Assembly (NCBI GenBank): GCA_020060775.1
Contig: JAGUZN010000211.1
Span: 6,224-70,223, forward strand
Length of the DNA: 64,000 bases
Origin: Armatimonadota bacterium
Lineage (GTDB): Bacteria; Armatimonadota; Hebobacteria; CAIYQO01
Direction: 5' to 3'
This document shows positions 1 through 10,241 of this stretch, one piece after another. Position 1 is the first letter of the stretch; each line of letters starts with the position of its first letter. A program made the position numbers and the translations under genes. The notes beneath the pieces were generated by a model. The model was not told the DNA's origin, did not search any database, and worked only from the letters and a program-made list of their open reading frames with translations.

Positions 1-1438
1 ATGGGATGAGATCTCCCGCAGTCACGCCCAGCCATTCCGCATAGCCAAGGCGATTCAGGCAATCAACTGCCGGGGCATCGATGATCGCTCCGCGCTGCAG
101 GGTGGCGAGCACTTCGTCACGCGTCATGCTGGCCGGCAGTTCGCCGACAAGCAGTGCGGGCATCTCGTCGGTGAAGTGGTAAGCAAATCCCAGAATATTG
201 GCGAGCATATCAGGCATTTCATCCTGTGCCTGATCGATAATGTTCGTCACTGCGTCGATATGGGTTACCCGCCGTTGATAGGCCCGATTGCGCAGCGGTA
301 CACCGCGCATCGTGGTATCGCGCATCGTCAAATCGGCAACCGTACGGAAGTAGGGATCGCTCTCGCGCAGCATATCAAGGTACGCTCGTTCCCAATCCAT
401 GATGCGTTCGCTATCACCGAAGGTGATTGCCGCCCCGCCCATGCCAAGGGCCAGGGCATTGAGGATGGCAAAGCGTGTGGTTTTTGGTGAGCGGACGAAT
501 TCGTGGTGATTATGCGGAGTATTTTCAATCTCGACTTCGTGCTCAGACGCCGACGGGGCGGTGCGCTTTGCCGCCAACCCGGATCCGGGGACCATCTCGT
601 GCGGTAATCCATGGTAGTCGTGGGTGCGCAGTAGCGGACGATGCTGACCGGACACGATGGCGATGGCTTGTTGCAGGAAATCTTCACCGAATCCGCGGAT
701 GAAGTTCTGCACTGGCATCAGCCCCAGGCGGATCTCCGGGTCGACCTCATGCACGACGCGTTCAATACGCGCCAGGCACTCGAGGAAGTTGTGTTTCCAC
801 AGCGTTATCCAATCCTGCGAAACGGCGGTGGGCTGGAGCTGGGTCAGGGTGTCGATCAGCGCGTCACGAGTCAGATGGTGACCATACTGATCGTGCATGG
901 CCTGCAGGTGGTGGTCACAGAAGCAACCCCACTCGCCGGGATACGGTGCGCCATGATTGCCGAGGCGGAAGTCGTCATCAATATAGATGGCAGAGGGTCG
1001 CGCGCTTGCGAGCGCTCGGAAATAATCCTCAAGCCAATGGAGATATCGCTGACCGAGGGGACAGGCAATGCCCACCAGAGGCTTCCCATCCGCGCCGGTC
1101 CACCAGTCGAGATCCATCAGGCGTTCGGCGCCCTGCATCCAGCCGCCATGCCCGATCGTCGCGCCGGAGTTAATACCGGCGGCAATGCCTTCCTCACGTA
1201 ACTGGGCGATGCGCCGACGCAGGACTGGCACACGTTCGGCCAGCGTCTCGGGCGCGAGTTGGAAGTTGTCCATATAGCCATTGTCAAACAGATAGACACG
1301 ATCCGCGTTTATGCTGCGCAAATCTTCAACCACATGGGCGAAGTCTGTATCGTTAAGGAGGCGCGTAAACCAGATACGCAGGGCGATGGGATTGGTGTGC
1401 CGGCGGTTGAGCGGGGGGACGTTGGATGACTGGGTCAT
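1..1438 (-). CDS. Hypothetical protein, 3'-truncated by the window edge. Start MTQSSNVPPLNRRHTNPIALRIWF... A possible TIM-barrel or glycoside-hydrolase-like enzyme; the function is unknown.
   Basis: I reverse-complemented and translated 1438 down to 1 by hand and found no stop codon. Three segments were checked base by base (1201-1440, 601-660), giving ...RSINADRVYLFDNGYMDNFQLAPETLAERVPVLRRRIAQLREEGIAAGINSGATIGHGGWMQ...GEWGCFCDHH... The ATG is at 1436-1438, preceded by GAGG with a 7-nt spacer. It is absent from the ORF track because it has no in-window stop. The plus-strand ORFs 176-490, 475-702 and 641-1201 are its antisense shadows. Confidence 0.5.
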   Translation of the reverse strand, partial: MTQSSNVPPLNRRHTNPIALRIWFTRLLNDTDFAHVVEDLRSINADRVYLFDNGYMDNFQLAPETLAERVPVLRRRIAQLREEGIAAGINSGATIGHGGWMQGAERLMDLDWWTGADGKPLVGIACPLGQRYLHWLEDYFRALASARPSAIYIDDDFRLGNHGAPYPGEWGCFCDHHLQAMHDQYGHHLTRDALIDTLTQLQPTAVSQDWITLWKHNFLECLARIERVVHEVDPEIRLGLMPVQNFIRGFGEDFLQQAIAIVSGQHRPLLRTHDYHGLPHEMVPGSGLAAKRTAPSASEHEVEIENTPHNHHEFVRSPKTTRFAILNALALGMGGAAITFGDSERIMDWERAYLDMLRESDPYFRTVADLTMRDTTMRGVPLRNRAYQRRVTHIDAVTNIIDQAQDEMPDMLANILGFAYHFTDEMPALLVGELPASMTRDEVLATLQRGAIIDAPAVDCLNRLGYAEWLGVTAGDLIP

Positions 1439-1582
1439 GATAAACCTCATACGGTGGACTGTTCACGGGCTATCACCGCATCGCGTGCGATGCCTTTCTC
1501 ACGTTTCTCCGGCGTGCGGTGTATTCCTGCTGGTGGCACAGAGGTGATGTACTGATATTTCGCAACTCGGGGGCAACGCGCT

Positions 1583-1604
1583 GGGCCAGGCAGGCGCCTG
1601 GCCC
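1583..1604 (-). terminator. GC-rich hairpin (GGGCCAGGC-aggc-GCCTGGCCC) downstream of cheX. A candidate terminator, although it lacks a clear U-tract.
   Basis: A perfect 9-bp inverted repeat with a 4-nt loop lies 20 bp past the cheX stop, in the 185-bp gap before the next gene start. Confidence 0.3.
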
Positions 1605-1624
1605 GATCGAGCGAAAAGGGGAAG

Positions 1625-2083
1625 CTACCCTTCAGTGAGGGCGACATTCACCTCAAACTTGCCGCAGGGGGTATTAATGGGGATGACCAGGGCGGGGACG
1701 GCGGTGGCCAGTTCCACGTTCACTCCGCGCACGATGGCGGGCGGGGTAATATCACATTCATAGCCCTGGGAGGCCAGCAGACTCAGGGCATTGCCGGAGA
1801 TAATGTTGCCGAGTTCATTGATGGCGCTGATGGCCATCTCATCGAATTCGACCTGTGGCGTGCCCATCATGGCCGAGGCAATCTTTATGGCAGTCACCTG
1901 GGACATACCGTAGATGACCTGGCCGCGCACTGAGCCGGATACGCCGACGACAATGGAGATTTGCTGCGACGTAAACACCGCTGTGCGAATGGCCAGTTGG
2001 CCCTGCTCGACTTCGCCGCTCACGAATTGCCCGAGCACTTCTACACCGGCATTGATGAAGGGATTGATAAACTCGACTTTCAC
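1625..2083 (-). CDS. cheX: Chemotaxis phosphatase CheX (CheC/CheX family), 152 aa.
   Basis: The size and sequence are typical of CheX (MKVEFINPFINAGVEVLGQ...GNIISGNALS...). It is the last gene of the che operon. Confidence 0.8.
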   Translation of the reverse strand: MKVEFINPFINAGVEVLGQFVSGEVEQGQLAIRTAVFTSQQISIVVGVSGSVRGQVIYGMSQVTAIKIASAMMGTPQVEFDEMAISAINELGNIISGNALSLLASQGYECDITPPAIVRGVNVELATAVPALVIPINTPCGKFEVNVALTEG

Positions 2084-2156
2084 GGAGACCTCCTGACCGA
2101 CCTTGCCCTGGACGGGCTACCAGTAACCACTCTTTCCTTCCACAACCCACCGGGTT

Positions 2157-2969
2157 TTACGCCGGCTTATGATAGAAAAACGGCCGTGTGGAGACAAAAC
2201 CGATCTCTCGGGCATTGGAGATGCGTTCGGTACTGCCGACGAGGAGATAGCCGCCCGGCCGCAATGCCGCATAATACCGCTCGTAGAGCCGTTGTTTGGT
2301 CTCTTCATTGAAATAGATGACGACATTGCGACAGAGGATGAGATCGACGTTGTGTGGGAAGGGGTCGCGCAGGAGGTCATGGCGTTGAAAGTCAATGCCG
2401 TCACGCAAGAATGCCTTCACCTCATAGCCGTTGGCGGTGGCGATGAAATAGCGTTCACGCAGTATATCGGAGATATTACGCAAATCATCAGGCAGAAACC
2501 GTCCCTGTCGCGCGCGCTCCAGTACGCCGGTATCGATATCCGAGGCGAAGATACGATGTCGGATGCCGGGGTTCACCTGGTGCAGGAGGATGCGGAGCGT
2601 ATAGGGCTCGGCACCGTAGGAGCACCCGGCGCTCCAGATGAGCAGACGCGAATGCTTGCGCAACAATTCCGGGAACACGAGGGTGCGAAGTTCTTCGAAC
2701 TTTTCTGGATTGCGAAAGAACTCGGAGACGTTGATCGTCACTTTATCCATGAAGATGCGCAAATCCTCGGGATTACGGGAGAGGTGTTGCCAGTACTCCA
2801 TCAGCGTACCGATGCCGTGCCTGTCGGCCATGGCGCGCACACGGCGTTCCATTTGCTGGCGTTTATACGCCTCCAGGTCGAGGCCGGTGCGTGAGCGCAC
2901 CATGCGGCAGAATCCGAAGTAATCGGCATCATTGGCCATGGGTTGTGGGGTGAGTATAGAATCCGGCAT
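2157..2969 (-). CDS. cheR: Chemotaxis protein methyltransferase CheR.
   Basis: Carries a CheR N-terminal helical domain plus a SAM-dependent methyltransferase (…LLIWSAGCSYGAEPYTLRILL…). Confidence 0.9.
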   Translation of the reverse strand: MPDSILTPQPMANDADYFGFCRMVRSRTGLDLEAYKRQQMERRVRAMADRHGIGTLMEYWQHLSRNPEDLRIFMDKVTINVSEFFRNPEKFEELRTLVFPELLRKHSRLLIWSAGCSYGAEPYTLRILLHQVNPGIRHRIFASDIDTGVLERARQGRFLPDDLRNISDILRERYFIATANGYEVKAFLRDGIDFQRHDLLRDPFPHNVDLILCRNVVIYFNEETKQRLYERYYAALRPGGYLLVGSTERISNAREIGFVSTRPFFYHKPA

Positions 2970-3013
2970 TGTATTGCTCCTTCCATGTTATCAAAGGTCA
3001 TTCGTCCCATCGA

Positions 3014-5077
3014 TCACACGGTGGCTGCCGCGTGTCCCACGCCTACAGCAGCGCCTTCCTGCAGATAGCCGCCGTCAAACAGTTTAGCAACATCGAGAAT
3101 GAGTGCGACGCGGCCGTTGCCCAGGATGGTGGCGCCGGCGAGGCCCGGGATATCGCCGAGGTAGGTGCCCAGCGACTTGACGACAATTTCCTGGTGGTTG
3201 ATGATTTGATCGACCACCACGCCGGCAATCCGGCGCTCGTAGCGCATGACAATCACGTGCAGTTCTTTTCCCTGCGCACTTTCACCACATCCATGCAGGG
3301 CTTCGGACAGGCGTACCACGGGAATGACCGTGCCGCGCCAGGTGAGCAAGCCGCGGCCGTGCACCGTGCGAATGGCCTCGTATGGCACATCCAGCGCCTC
3401 TTCGATATGGGAGAGCGGAATAGCCATGATTACTTTGCCGATGCGCACGATGAGCGCGCGGAGAATGGCCAGGGTGAGCGGGATTTTCAGGGAGATCGTG
3501 GTGCCGAACTCCAACTCGCTCTCCACGACAATCACGCCGCCGATCGATTCGACATTACGCTTGACCACATCCATCCCCACCCCACGGCCGGAGACATCGC
3601 TGACCGCTTTTGCGGTGGACAGGCCCGAGGAGAAAATCAGACCATAGGCCTCCTGGTTGGACATGGCACTGGCCTGTTCGGCAGTGAGCAAACCGGCGGC
3701 GACCGCTTTCTCTTTCAAACGGTCGGCATTTATGCCGGGCCCGTCATCCTGAATTTGAATGAGGACGTGGCTCTCCTCGCGGCGGGCGAGCAATTTCACC
3801 GTGCCCTGTTGCGGTTTCCCTTTGGCCAGGCGATCTGCCGGCGTTTCCATGCCGTGATCCATGGCATTGCGCAGAATATGGGTGAGCGGATCGATGAGCT
3901 TTTCGATGACGGAACGATCGAGTTGTTCGTTCTCACCTTCGATGACAAAGTCCACTTCTTTGTGCAGGTTGTGACTGAGGTCGCGTATCAGGCGCGGGAA
4001 GCGATTGAAGAGTTGACTCACGGGTAGCATGCGCGTCTGCAGCACCTGTTCATGGAGATCATCAACGATCGAGCCAAGATGGTGGGTAACGACATCAAGG
4101 TCGCGCAAGAATTCTTCGTCTTCGGGGTGTTCCTGACTCAACTCATCTTTGAGTTGAGCGACCCGCGTGCGGTCCAGCACCAGTTCGCCGACCAGATTCA
4201 TGATGCGATCGAGCGTATCCACGTTCACGCGCACGGTTTGCTGTACCTGGACCGCCGAGGTTTTTGTCGCTGCGTGTACCGGAGTCTCCGGTTCGAGGCT
4301 TTCGTCGGCAGCCTTTTCGCGGGAAGGCATATCCAGGCGCATGCCGGCAGCCGCCGCCCCGCGTCCCAGGCGCACCCATTCGACCTCGGGGACGTTTTGC
4401 ACGGCGATGCGCAGCGTATCTTCTTCGCGGTCTGTCTGGATGATCAGCAAGAGGCGCTGGCCGATTTTCCCTTCATCGATTTCTTCCTGCGCAGGTTGCA
4501 TCTCCAGGATGCTGCCGAGTTTTTCCACGGCGCGGGTGATCATGAAGGTGCGGATGCCGGGCATCTGGCAGTCGGCGTTGAACTGTACGAGTAGGGCGGT
4601 ATGGTCGTCAGGCAAGGCATCGAGGGGCTTGGCCGTGGGCGCGGCATCAACAACGGCCGTCACCACTTCGCCGCGCGCAAGCGCGCGCAGATGGTTGGCA
4701 ACGGTGGCTGCGGTACCGTCATCGGCATCGCCGCGCCCCTCTTCCACCCCCTGCTCCAGGCCGCGCAAGGTATCCAGCCCGCGCAGTAGCGCGTCAGCGA
4801 TCCCGGCGTTCACCACCAGGGTGTTATTGCGGACGCGATCCAGTACATCCTCCATGGCATGGGTCAGGTCGGCAATGCCGCGAAATCCCATCGCCCCTGC
4901 CGAGCCTTTGAGCGTGTGTGCCGCACGGAAGATGCCCTGCACCAACTCGCTGTTATCCGGCTCACGCTCAAGACGCACGAACCCCTGATCGAGCGTGTCG
5001 ATTTGTTCGCGCGCTTCATCAAGGAAGATGGAGAGCAGTTCATTATCCTGGGCCTGGTACATCTCATTGGTGGTCAT
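3014..5077 (-). CDS. cheA: Chemotaxis histidine kinase CheA (Hpt-dimerisation-HATPase-CheW-like domains).
   Basis: An N-terminal Hpt domain (RAAHTLKGSAGAMGF), a kinase core (HGMETPADRLAKGKP...GRGVGMDVV) and a C-terminal CheW-like domain. Length 687 aa. Confidence 0.93.
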   Translation of the reverse strand: MTTNEMYQAQDNELLSIFLDEAREQIDTLDQGFVRLEREPDNSELVQGIFRAAHTLKGSAGAMGFRGIADLTHAMEDVLDRVRNNTLVVNAGIADALLRGLDTLRGLEQGVEEGRGDADDGTAATVANHLRALARGEVVTAVVDAAPTAKPLDALPDDHTALLVQFNADCQMPGIRTFMITRAVEKLGSILEMQPAQEEIDEGKIGQRLLLIIQTDREEDTLRIAVQNVPEVEWVRLGRGAAAAGMRLDMPSREKAADESLEPETPVHAATKTSAVQVQQTVRVNVDTLDRIMNLVGELVLDRTRVAQLKDELSQEHPEDEEFLRDLDVVTHHLGSIVDDLHEQVLQTRMLPVSQLFNRFPRLIRDLSHNLHKEVDFVIEGENEQLDRSVIEKLIDPLTHILRNAMDHGMETPADRLAKGKPQQGTVKLLARREESHVLIQIQDDGPGINADRLKEKAVAAGLLTAEQASAMSNQEAYGLIFSSGLSTAKAVSDVSGRGVGMDVVKRNVESIGGVIVVESELEFGTTISLKIPLTLAILRALIVRIGKVIMAIPLSHIEEALDVPYEAIRTVHGRGLLTWRGTVIPVVRLSEALHGCGESAQGKELHVIVMRYERRIAGVVVDQIINHQEIVVKSLGTYLGDIPGLAGATILGNGRVALILDVAKLFDGGYLQEGAAVGVGHAAATV

Positions 5078-5235
5078 GGCAATCCTCTATCTGGGCAAAT
5101 CACGTGGCGACGTTGCGGTTGGCCTGGCAGTGCCAATACACTCATACGAGTTATCGGCAGATTCACCGCCAATATTTAGCCCTCTTTCAATAATCTGATA
5201 GCCTCCGTCTCTTTCGTGTTCCGGCATCCGGCCGC

Positions 5236-5766
5236 TTACGCCGGCACGGCTTCCTTGCTCCCGGCAGCAGCGCCCATCGTCTGCAATATCCCCTGCTCTT
5301 CAATAGTGAGGATGCGGTCGAGCGAGAGCAGGATGATCAGACGATCGCCAAGCTTGCCCACGCCACGTAAATACTGAGTGTCGATGGATACGACCAACGC
5401 GGAGAGGGGCTCGATATTCTCTGCCGGCAAGCGCAATGTTTCAGTCACGGCATCAACGATCATGCCGACCAGCATGCCCTGCTGTTCAACCACCACGACG
5501 CGCGTCGATTTCGTAGCATCCGTCACTGGCAGTTCAAAGCGCCGTCGCAGATCGATGACCGGAACGATTGCCCCGCGCAGGTTAATAACGCCCTCCACAA
5601 AGGCGGGCGTTTGCGGCACATGGGTGATGTCGGGCAGTCGGATGATCGTATTCACGACCTCGATATCGACGCCATAGGATTCCTCGCCCAGGGTAAAGAC
5701 CACGAGTTGCTCTTCAGGATCAGTCACGAATTGGTGTTCTTGCGACTCCATACTGTCCTCCTTCAT
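5236..5766 (-). CDS. cheW: Coupling protein CheW (copy 1).
   Basis: Contains a CheW domain (VVFTLGEESYGVDIEVVNTIIRLP...VINLRGAIVPVIDLR...). The ORF track extends it to 5964, but that 66-aa N-terminal extension overlaps the MCP gene. The internal ATG at 5764-5766 (MKEDSMESQEHQ) starts after the MCP stop. Confidence 0.85.
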   Translation of the reverse strand: MKEDSMESQEHQFVTDPEEQLVVFTLGEESYGVDIEVVNTIIRLPDITHVPQTPAFVEGVINLRGAIVPVIDLRRRFELPVTDATKSTRVVVVEQQGMLVGMIVDAVTETLRLPAENIEPLSALVVSIDTQYLRGVGKLGDRLIILLSLDRILTIEEQGILQTMGAAAGSKEAVPA

Positions 5767-5830
5767 CGAAAAAATCACACGGGTACTGCCTGCGGAGGGG
5801 GAAATGCTCCCCCTCCGCAGGGCGCACGAC

Positions 5831-7945
5831 TTACACGCCGAGGGTCGCTTTCGGCGCATAGCGGCCGGAGGTTGAGGATTTACCATTCCCACGGCCGTTG
5901 CCTCCATATCCGGCCTCGGCGCTGACCTTGAACTGTGCGAGGCGATCTTTCGCTTCGACGGCAAGATCGGCCAATTCCTTACTGGCGGCGGTCATTTCCT
6001 CGACCGAGGCATTCTGTTCCTCGGCGGCTGCCGACAACTCTTCGGCAATGGAGGACGATTGTTCGATCACCGTCACCACATGCTCCATGGAGGAGGATAC
6101 TTCCGAGCTGGACGCCGCCATCTCCTCGGTGGCGGCATTGGCCTGCTCGGTAGCACTGGAGACGTTTTCGGCAGCGCGGAGCACTTCCTCAGCACTGCCC
6201 TGAATCTGCTGGCACAAGCTGGCAGCATCGGTGACCTGGATCACCACGCGGTCCACCGCGCCCAGGATATTTTCCAGCGCACTGCCGGCTTTGTTGGCCA
6301 GAACCACGCCGTTTTCGATCTCGGTCGAGCCTTCGGCAATGGAACTCACCGCAGCCTGAATGCCATCCTGAATGCCGCGAATGAGCGTAGCAATCTCTTT
6401 GGTTTGTCCGGCCGAGCGCTCGGCCAGTTTGCGCACTTCATCGGCCACCACGGCGAAGCCTTTGCCGTGCTCGCCAGCGCGGGCGGCCTCGATGGCGGCG
6501 TTCAGTGCAAGGAGGTTCGTCTGTTCGGCGATATCGTTAATCGCCTCAACAATCTCGCCGATCTTGTTGCTGGCGTCGCCGAGCGCGTTGACTTTCTCGG
6601 CAGAGAGCGTCGAGGCCGCACGCACGCGATCCATGCCGGCGACGGTTTGCTGTACGATTTCTGCGCCGGAGCGAGCGACTTCACCGGCATTCTGCACATC
6701 GTTACGGGTGGACTCGGTGGCTTTCACAATGCGCGTCACCGCTTCCACCGCCTGCTGGGCAGCGGTGGCAGCCTGTTCGGAACCGTTGGCGGCCACCTGC
6801 ACGCCGCGCGCCACTTCATCGATCGCCCGCTGCAGTTGTTCCATGTTATTGGCGGAACTGGTGGCGGAGAGGGATTGGGATTGCGACCCTTCGGCCACCT
6901 GCTGGGCGCCGCCCGCCACTTCCTGGCTGGCCTTGCCGACGTTTTCAGCGGCCATGGACACCTGCTCGGCGGACTGCGTCACCTGCTCAGTAATGAGCAA
7001 GACCGCTTTTACCGTATTTTCCAAGGATTCGCATGCCTGGTTGAGGTTGTTCTTGATGCGCGCGTGATCGCCCTGGTAATCGCCGACCACGCGGGTGGTA
7101 AGGTCATACTGCGCCAGGCGTTCCAACACTTGCGCCGCTTCATTCACCGGTTCGATCACGGCATCGAGCACGTTATTCATCCCCAACACAATGGGCCTAA
7201 ACTCAAAGCTGACGGATGTGGCATCGGCTCGCGTCGACAGTGCCCCGGCTACGGCGGCTTCTGTCAAATGTTGTGTCTCGTTTGTTAACGCTTGCAGCGT
7301 TCTGGTGATATCCTTGACGATGGCCCCAGCAAACAGCGCGGAAATCACCAGGCCGGAGATGATGACGATCATCATCCACAGCATCGCATTACTGGCAGTT
7401 TTTGTATTGGTATCGCTCTTGTCTTTCGCCTGCGTGACTTTACTCTCGACCAGCGAATCCAATCCATCGTTCACGGCTTTATTCAACTCAGCCCCTTTGC
7501 CCCTCATGAGGGTGAGGGCCTCCGTCTGTTTGCCCGATAGTGCGAGTTGCACCATGTCGTTGCGAATTTTATTGTACTCGCGTATATCGGATTCCAGCCC
7601 ATCGAACTTCTGGCGAATGTCAGGCGATGCAATTGTCTCACTAAACTCGGTGAGGTTTTTCTCCATGATCACGTCAAGTTCTTCGATCGTCTCCACATTT
7701 TTGTTTGCATCATTAACATCGTTTGCCAGAATCACATCACGTAGATTCACTCGAGAACGATGGAAGGCGACTGCTGCCAGAGCAATATTGCCAAGCGGAG
7801 CGGTGTTCGCCTTATAAAGGTCGGTATCCAATTCATCGATCTTACGAATGTTGATCGAGCCGATCACCCCCACGACGATGGTGATCACCAGGACGAGGAG
7901 TATTGCGACGATCAGTTTCGTCGCTGTTTTCATACGAGACAACAT
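5831..7945 (-). CDS. Methyl-accepting chemotaxis protein (copy 1). It has an N-terminal TM segment, a four-helix-bundle-type periplasmic sensor, a second TM, HAMP and an MCP signalling domain.
   Basis: Carries the highly conserved MCP signalling motif [40 protein letters not shown]. The GGGAGG RBS sits 7 nt before the ATG at 7945. It is paralogous to the CDS at 35217-37337. Confidence 0.9.
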   Translation of the reverse strand: MLSRMKTATKLIVAILLVLVITIVVGVIGSINIRKIDELDTDLYKANTAPLGNIALAAVAFHRSRVNLRDVILANDVNDANKNVETIEELDVIMEKNLTEFSETIASPDIRQKFDGLESDIREYNKIRNDMVQLALSGKQTEALTLMRGKGAELNKAVNDGLDSLVESKVTQAKDKSDTNTKTASNAMLWMMIVIISGLVISALFAGAIVKDITRTLQALTNETQHLTEAAVAGALSTRADATSVSFEFRPIVLGMNNVLDAVIEPVNEAAQVLERLAQYDLTTRVVGDYQGDHARIKNNLNQACESLENTVKAVLLITEQVTQSAEQVSMAAENVGKASQEVAGGAQQVAEGSQSQSLSATSSANNMEQLQRAIDEVARGVQVAANGSEQAATAAQQAVEAVTRIVKATESTRNDVQNAGEVARSGAEIVQQTVAGMDRVRAASTLSAEKVNALGDASNKIGEIVEAINDIAEQTNLLALNAAIEAARAGEHGKGFAVVADEVRKLAERSAGQTKEIATLIRGIQDGIQAAVSSIAEGSTEIENGVVLANKAGSALENILGAVDRVVIQVTDAASLCQQIQGSAEEVLRAAENVSSATEQANAATEEMAASSSEVSSSMEHVVTVIEQSSSIAEELSAAAEEQNASVEEMTAASKELADLAVEAKDRLAQFKVSAEAGYGGNGRGNGKSSTSGRYAPKATLGV

Positions 7946-7977
7946 GTGATTTCCTCCCAGTGTATTTGATATATTTT

Positions 7978-8011
7978 TAGCGATTGCGATATATTGAACA
8001 GGGTATTTCCC
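7978..8011 (-). promoter_or_regulatory. AT-rich putative promoter upstream of the MCP-che operon. On the minus strand it reads TTCAAT-(19 nt)-TATATC. It also contains a direct repeat GATATATT spaced 17 bp apart.
   Basis: Position 7946-8120 is the only strongly AT-rich intergenic stretch in this part of the window. The -35 and -10 assignments are by eye and the spacer is long. Confidence 0.3.
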
Positions 8012-8120
8012 TGGACAGTCCTAGCTGCTGCTCTCGGTCAGTGATACGGAATTAGCTTATCTCTCTGTCACTGATGGCCTGTGATTCGCCACCTATTGAC
8101 TGGATTACCAATGGCATTTT

Positions 8121-9917
8121 TCATTCGTCATCCGTAAAGGTGAAGCGTCCTTCGCGCAGCAGGGCGCTGCAGGCGCGCACGGCATCCGGGTCCAGTTGAT
8201 GACCGGCGGATTCTTCGATGACCTCCAGGGCGTACGGGATGCCGAGCGCGGGACGATACGGCCGGTGGGAGGAGATCGCTTCCACCATGTCGGCGACACA
8301 GAGCACGCGCGCTGACACGAGCAAATTGTCCGGAGTCACGTCTTCGGGATACCCCGAACCATCCAAACGGCTGTGATGCTGGAGCACCATCTCGGCGACC
8401 GGCCAGGGGAATTCAATGCCGCGAAGGATCTCAAAGCCTACGCGCGGATGTTCTTTGATCAGACAAAATTCATATTCGTTCAGCCGTCCGGGCTTGCTGA
8501 GGATTTCAATGGGTATGGCGATTTTCCCGATGTCGTGCAACAACCCGGCCACGTGGAGGCCCTCGCACTCCTCTGCTGCCATACCCATCTCAACGGCAAT
8601 GGCGACGGCTAAACGTGCCACGCGCTGTTGGTGCCCGGCGGTGTAGGGGTCGCGACGGGCGGAGGTGGTGGAGAGGGCGAGTACGGTGCCGTTCAACGTC
8701 TGTTGCAACTTTTCGAGGCTGTGCTGCAGTTCATGCGCCGCCTGTTCGCGCTGTGTGATATCTTCGCCCAGACAGGTTACGCCCTCGCGATCACCGTGAT
8801 TATCATATAATGGAGTGCAATTCCACTGGACAAGGCGGTGCTCGCCACTCCGCGTCAGTACGCCGGCGATATGCGGAACTTGCACCGTACCCTGTATGAG
8901 GAGGGCATGGAAAGCGTTGTGGAGTTCCTGGCGGGCTTCGGGTACGATCAGCGTATCAAAAAACGACTTGCCGATCACTTCACCTGCCGACCATCCGGTC
9001 AGCGCGAGAAAGAACTCATTGCAAAACGTCAGCATGCCGCGGCGGTCCAGCATGATGGCGCAGAGCTGAGCATTGGTGATGACATCGTGAAAACGGCGTT
9101 CGACTTCGCGCAAGCGCAGCACAGCTTGCCGTTCAGCGGTGATGTCGTAAATCACGCCTTCGAGCGTGCCATGAGCCGCATGGACGCGCGCGGAAAAGCG
9201 TGCGATAAATTCAACGCCGTCCTGGCGGCGGAAGGTAATTTCCAGGCTATCCACCATGCCGTTATGCGCACAGCTGCCTCGCACGTAGGCGGCATCATCG
9301 CGGTTGACGAACGCTTCACACCAGCGGAAGTGTTGCCGCGCCTCATCACGATGCTGATAGCCGAACAGTTGCAGGAACCCCTCATTGCACGCACAGAGAT
9401 GGCCATCGCACTGTCGAACGACAAAATAGCCGAGGGGAAGGCGCTGAACGAGTTGTGCGGCACTGACCAGATCCAACTCATCGTTGGCCTGCGATACCGG
9501 AGAGGTGAGCCGATGAAACGTAAGCAGGACACGGCCAGCCTCGGGAGAAACGATGGTCACATCCAGATCGTGCGATGCCGTGGGGAACGCGGCGATAACG
9601 CGTTGTGGCGCAGCAGTGAGCACCACTTGCATGAAGCGGTCAAGATACGGCGGTATCGCCATCTCGAACACGATGCTGGCGGCACGTCCGATCGCCTGCT
9701 GTGCGTCGATTCCCAACAACGCGGCCCCCGCAGGGTTGATCCGGCGGAAGATGTAATCCATAGGTTTTGCATGTTCATCGAGGATTAGTTCACAAAGCGC
9801 CACCCCCTCCCGCATGGTATCTAACAGAAGGGCAGTCGCATGATCGTGCGGACATGCGATGCATTCCCCGATGAGTTCGTGCTCGGCGCCTGTAGCCAGA
9901 GCGCTGACCGTATTCAT
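8121..9917 (-). CDS. Multi-PAS sensor with a C-terminal HD-GYP domain; a putative c-di-GMP phosphodiesterase.
   Basis: The C-terminus carries HD...GYP signatures (GLLHDIGKIAIP ... HHSRLDGSGYPED). The N-terminus has PAS repeats. Confidence 0.85.
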   Translation of the reverse strand: MNTVSALATGAEHELIGECIACPHDHATALLLDTMREGVALCELILDEHAKPMDYIFRRINPAGAALLGIDAQQAIGRAASIVFEMAIPPYLDRFMQVVLTAAPQRVIAAFPTASHDLDVTIVSPEAGRVLLTFHRLTSPVSQANDELDLVSAAQLVQRLPLGYFVVRQCDGHLCACNEGFLQLFGYQHRDEARQHFRWCEAFVNRDDAAYVRGSCAHNGMVDSLEITFRRQDGVEFIARFSARVHAAHGTLEGVIYDITAERQAVLRLREVERRFHDVITNAQLCAIMLDRRGMLTFCNEFFLALTGWSAGEVIGKSFFDTLIVPEARQELHNAFHALLIQGTVQVPHIAGVLTRSGEHRLVQWNCTPLYDNHGDREGVTCLGEDITQREQAAHELQHSLEKLQQTLNGTVLALSTTSARRDPYTAGHQQRVARLAVAIAVEMGMAAEECEGLHVAGLLHDIGKIAIPIEILSKPGRLNEYEFCLIKEHPRVGFEILRGIEFPWPVAEMVLQHHSRLDGSGYPEDVTPDNLLVSARVLCVADMVEAISSHRPYRPALGIPYALEVIEESAGHQLDPDAVRACSALLREGRFTFTDDE

Positions 9918-10241
9918 CCTTGACGCTCCCCTCTGTGCTGATCGAGTATGTGCGGTGGTGCTCGCACATACTCGCGAGAGTTTCGCGATCTTGACCCAAG
10001 TGTGCCAGGCAGTTGCGAGGACTGATACAGCGGATGCCTGCCGGACTACTGGCTGGCTCAGGTGGGGTATTCCACGCTAAATCCTCTGATAAGGACATGG
10101 TAAAACATGCGCGATATCAGGGATTACCCTGAATTGTCGGTAGGAATTTCCCCGATACCGTCTGCGTGTCCAGCGCATTGATCGTGGAGCGGCGTGACAT
10201 GAGGTGCAGTGCAGGCAATCCTGGAGGATACTGTGCGGAGA

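Noticed and set aside
2969-4027. Plus-strand ORF of 352 aa antisense to cheA. Similar long antisense ORFs occur at 2169-2894, 4167-4988, 6059-7288, 16529-17344, 17470-18375, 48069-49241, 52898-53713, 27255-28142, 29166-29741 and 57923-58999.
   Set aside because: These are typical high-GC antisense open frames. Their amino-acid composition is Arg/Ala/Gly-rich and low-complexity, with no motifs. The opposite strand in each case encodes a protein with clear family signatures.
5767-5964. 66-aa N-terminal extension of CheW as drawn in the ORF track.
   Set aside because: It overlaps the 3' end of the MCP gene by 134 bp. The internal ATG at 5766 yields a standard-length CheW that begins after the MCP stop.
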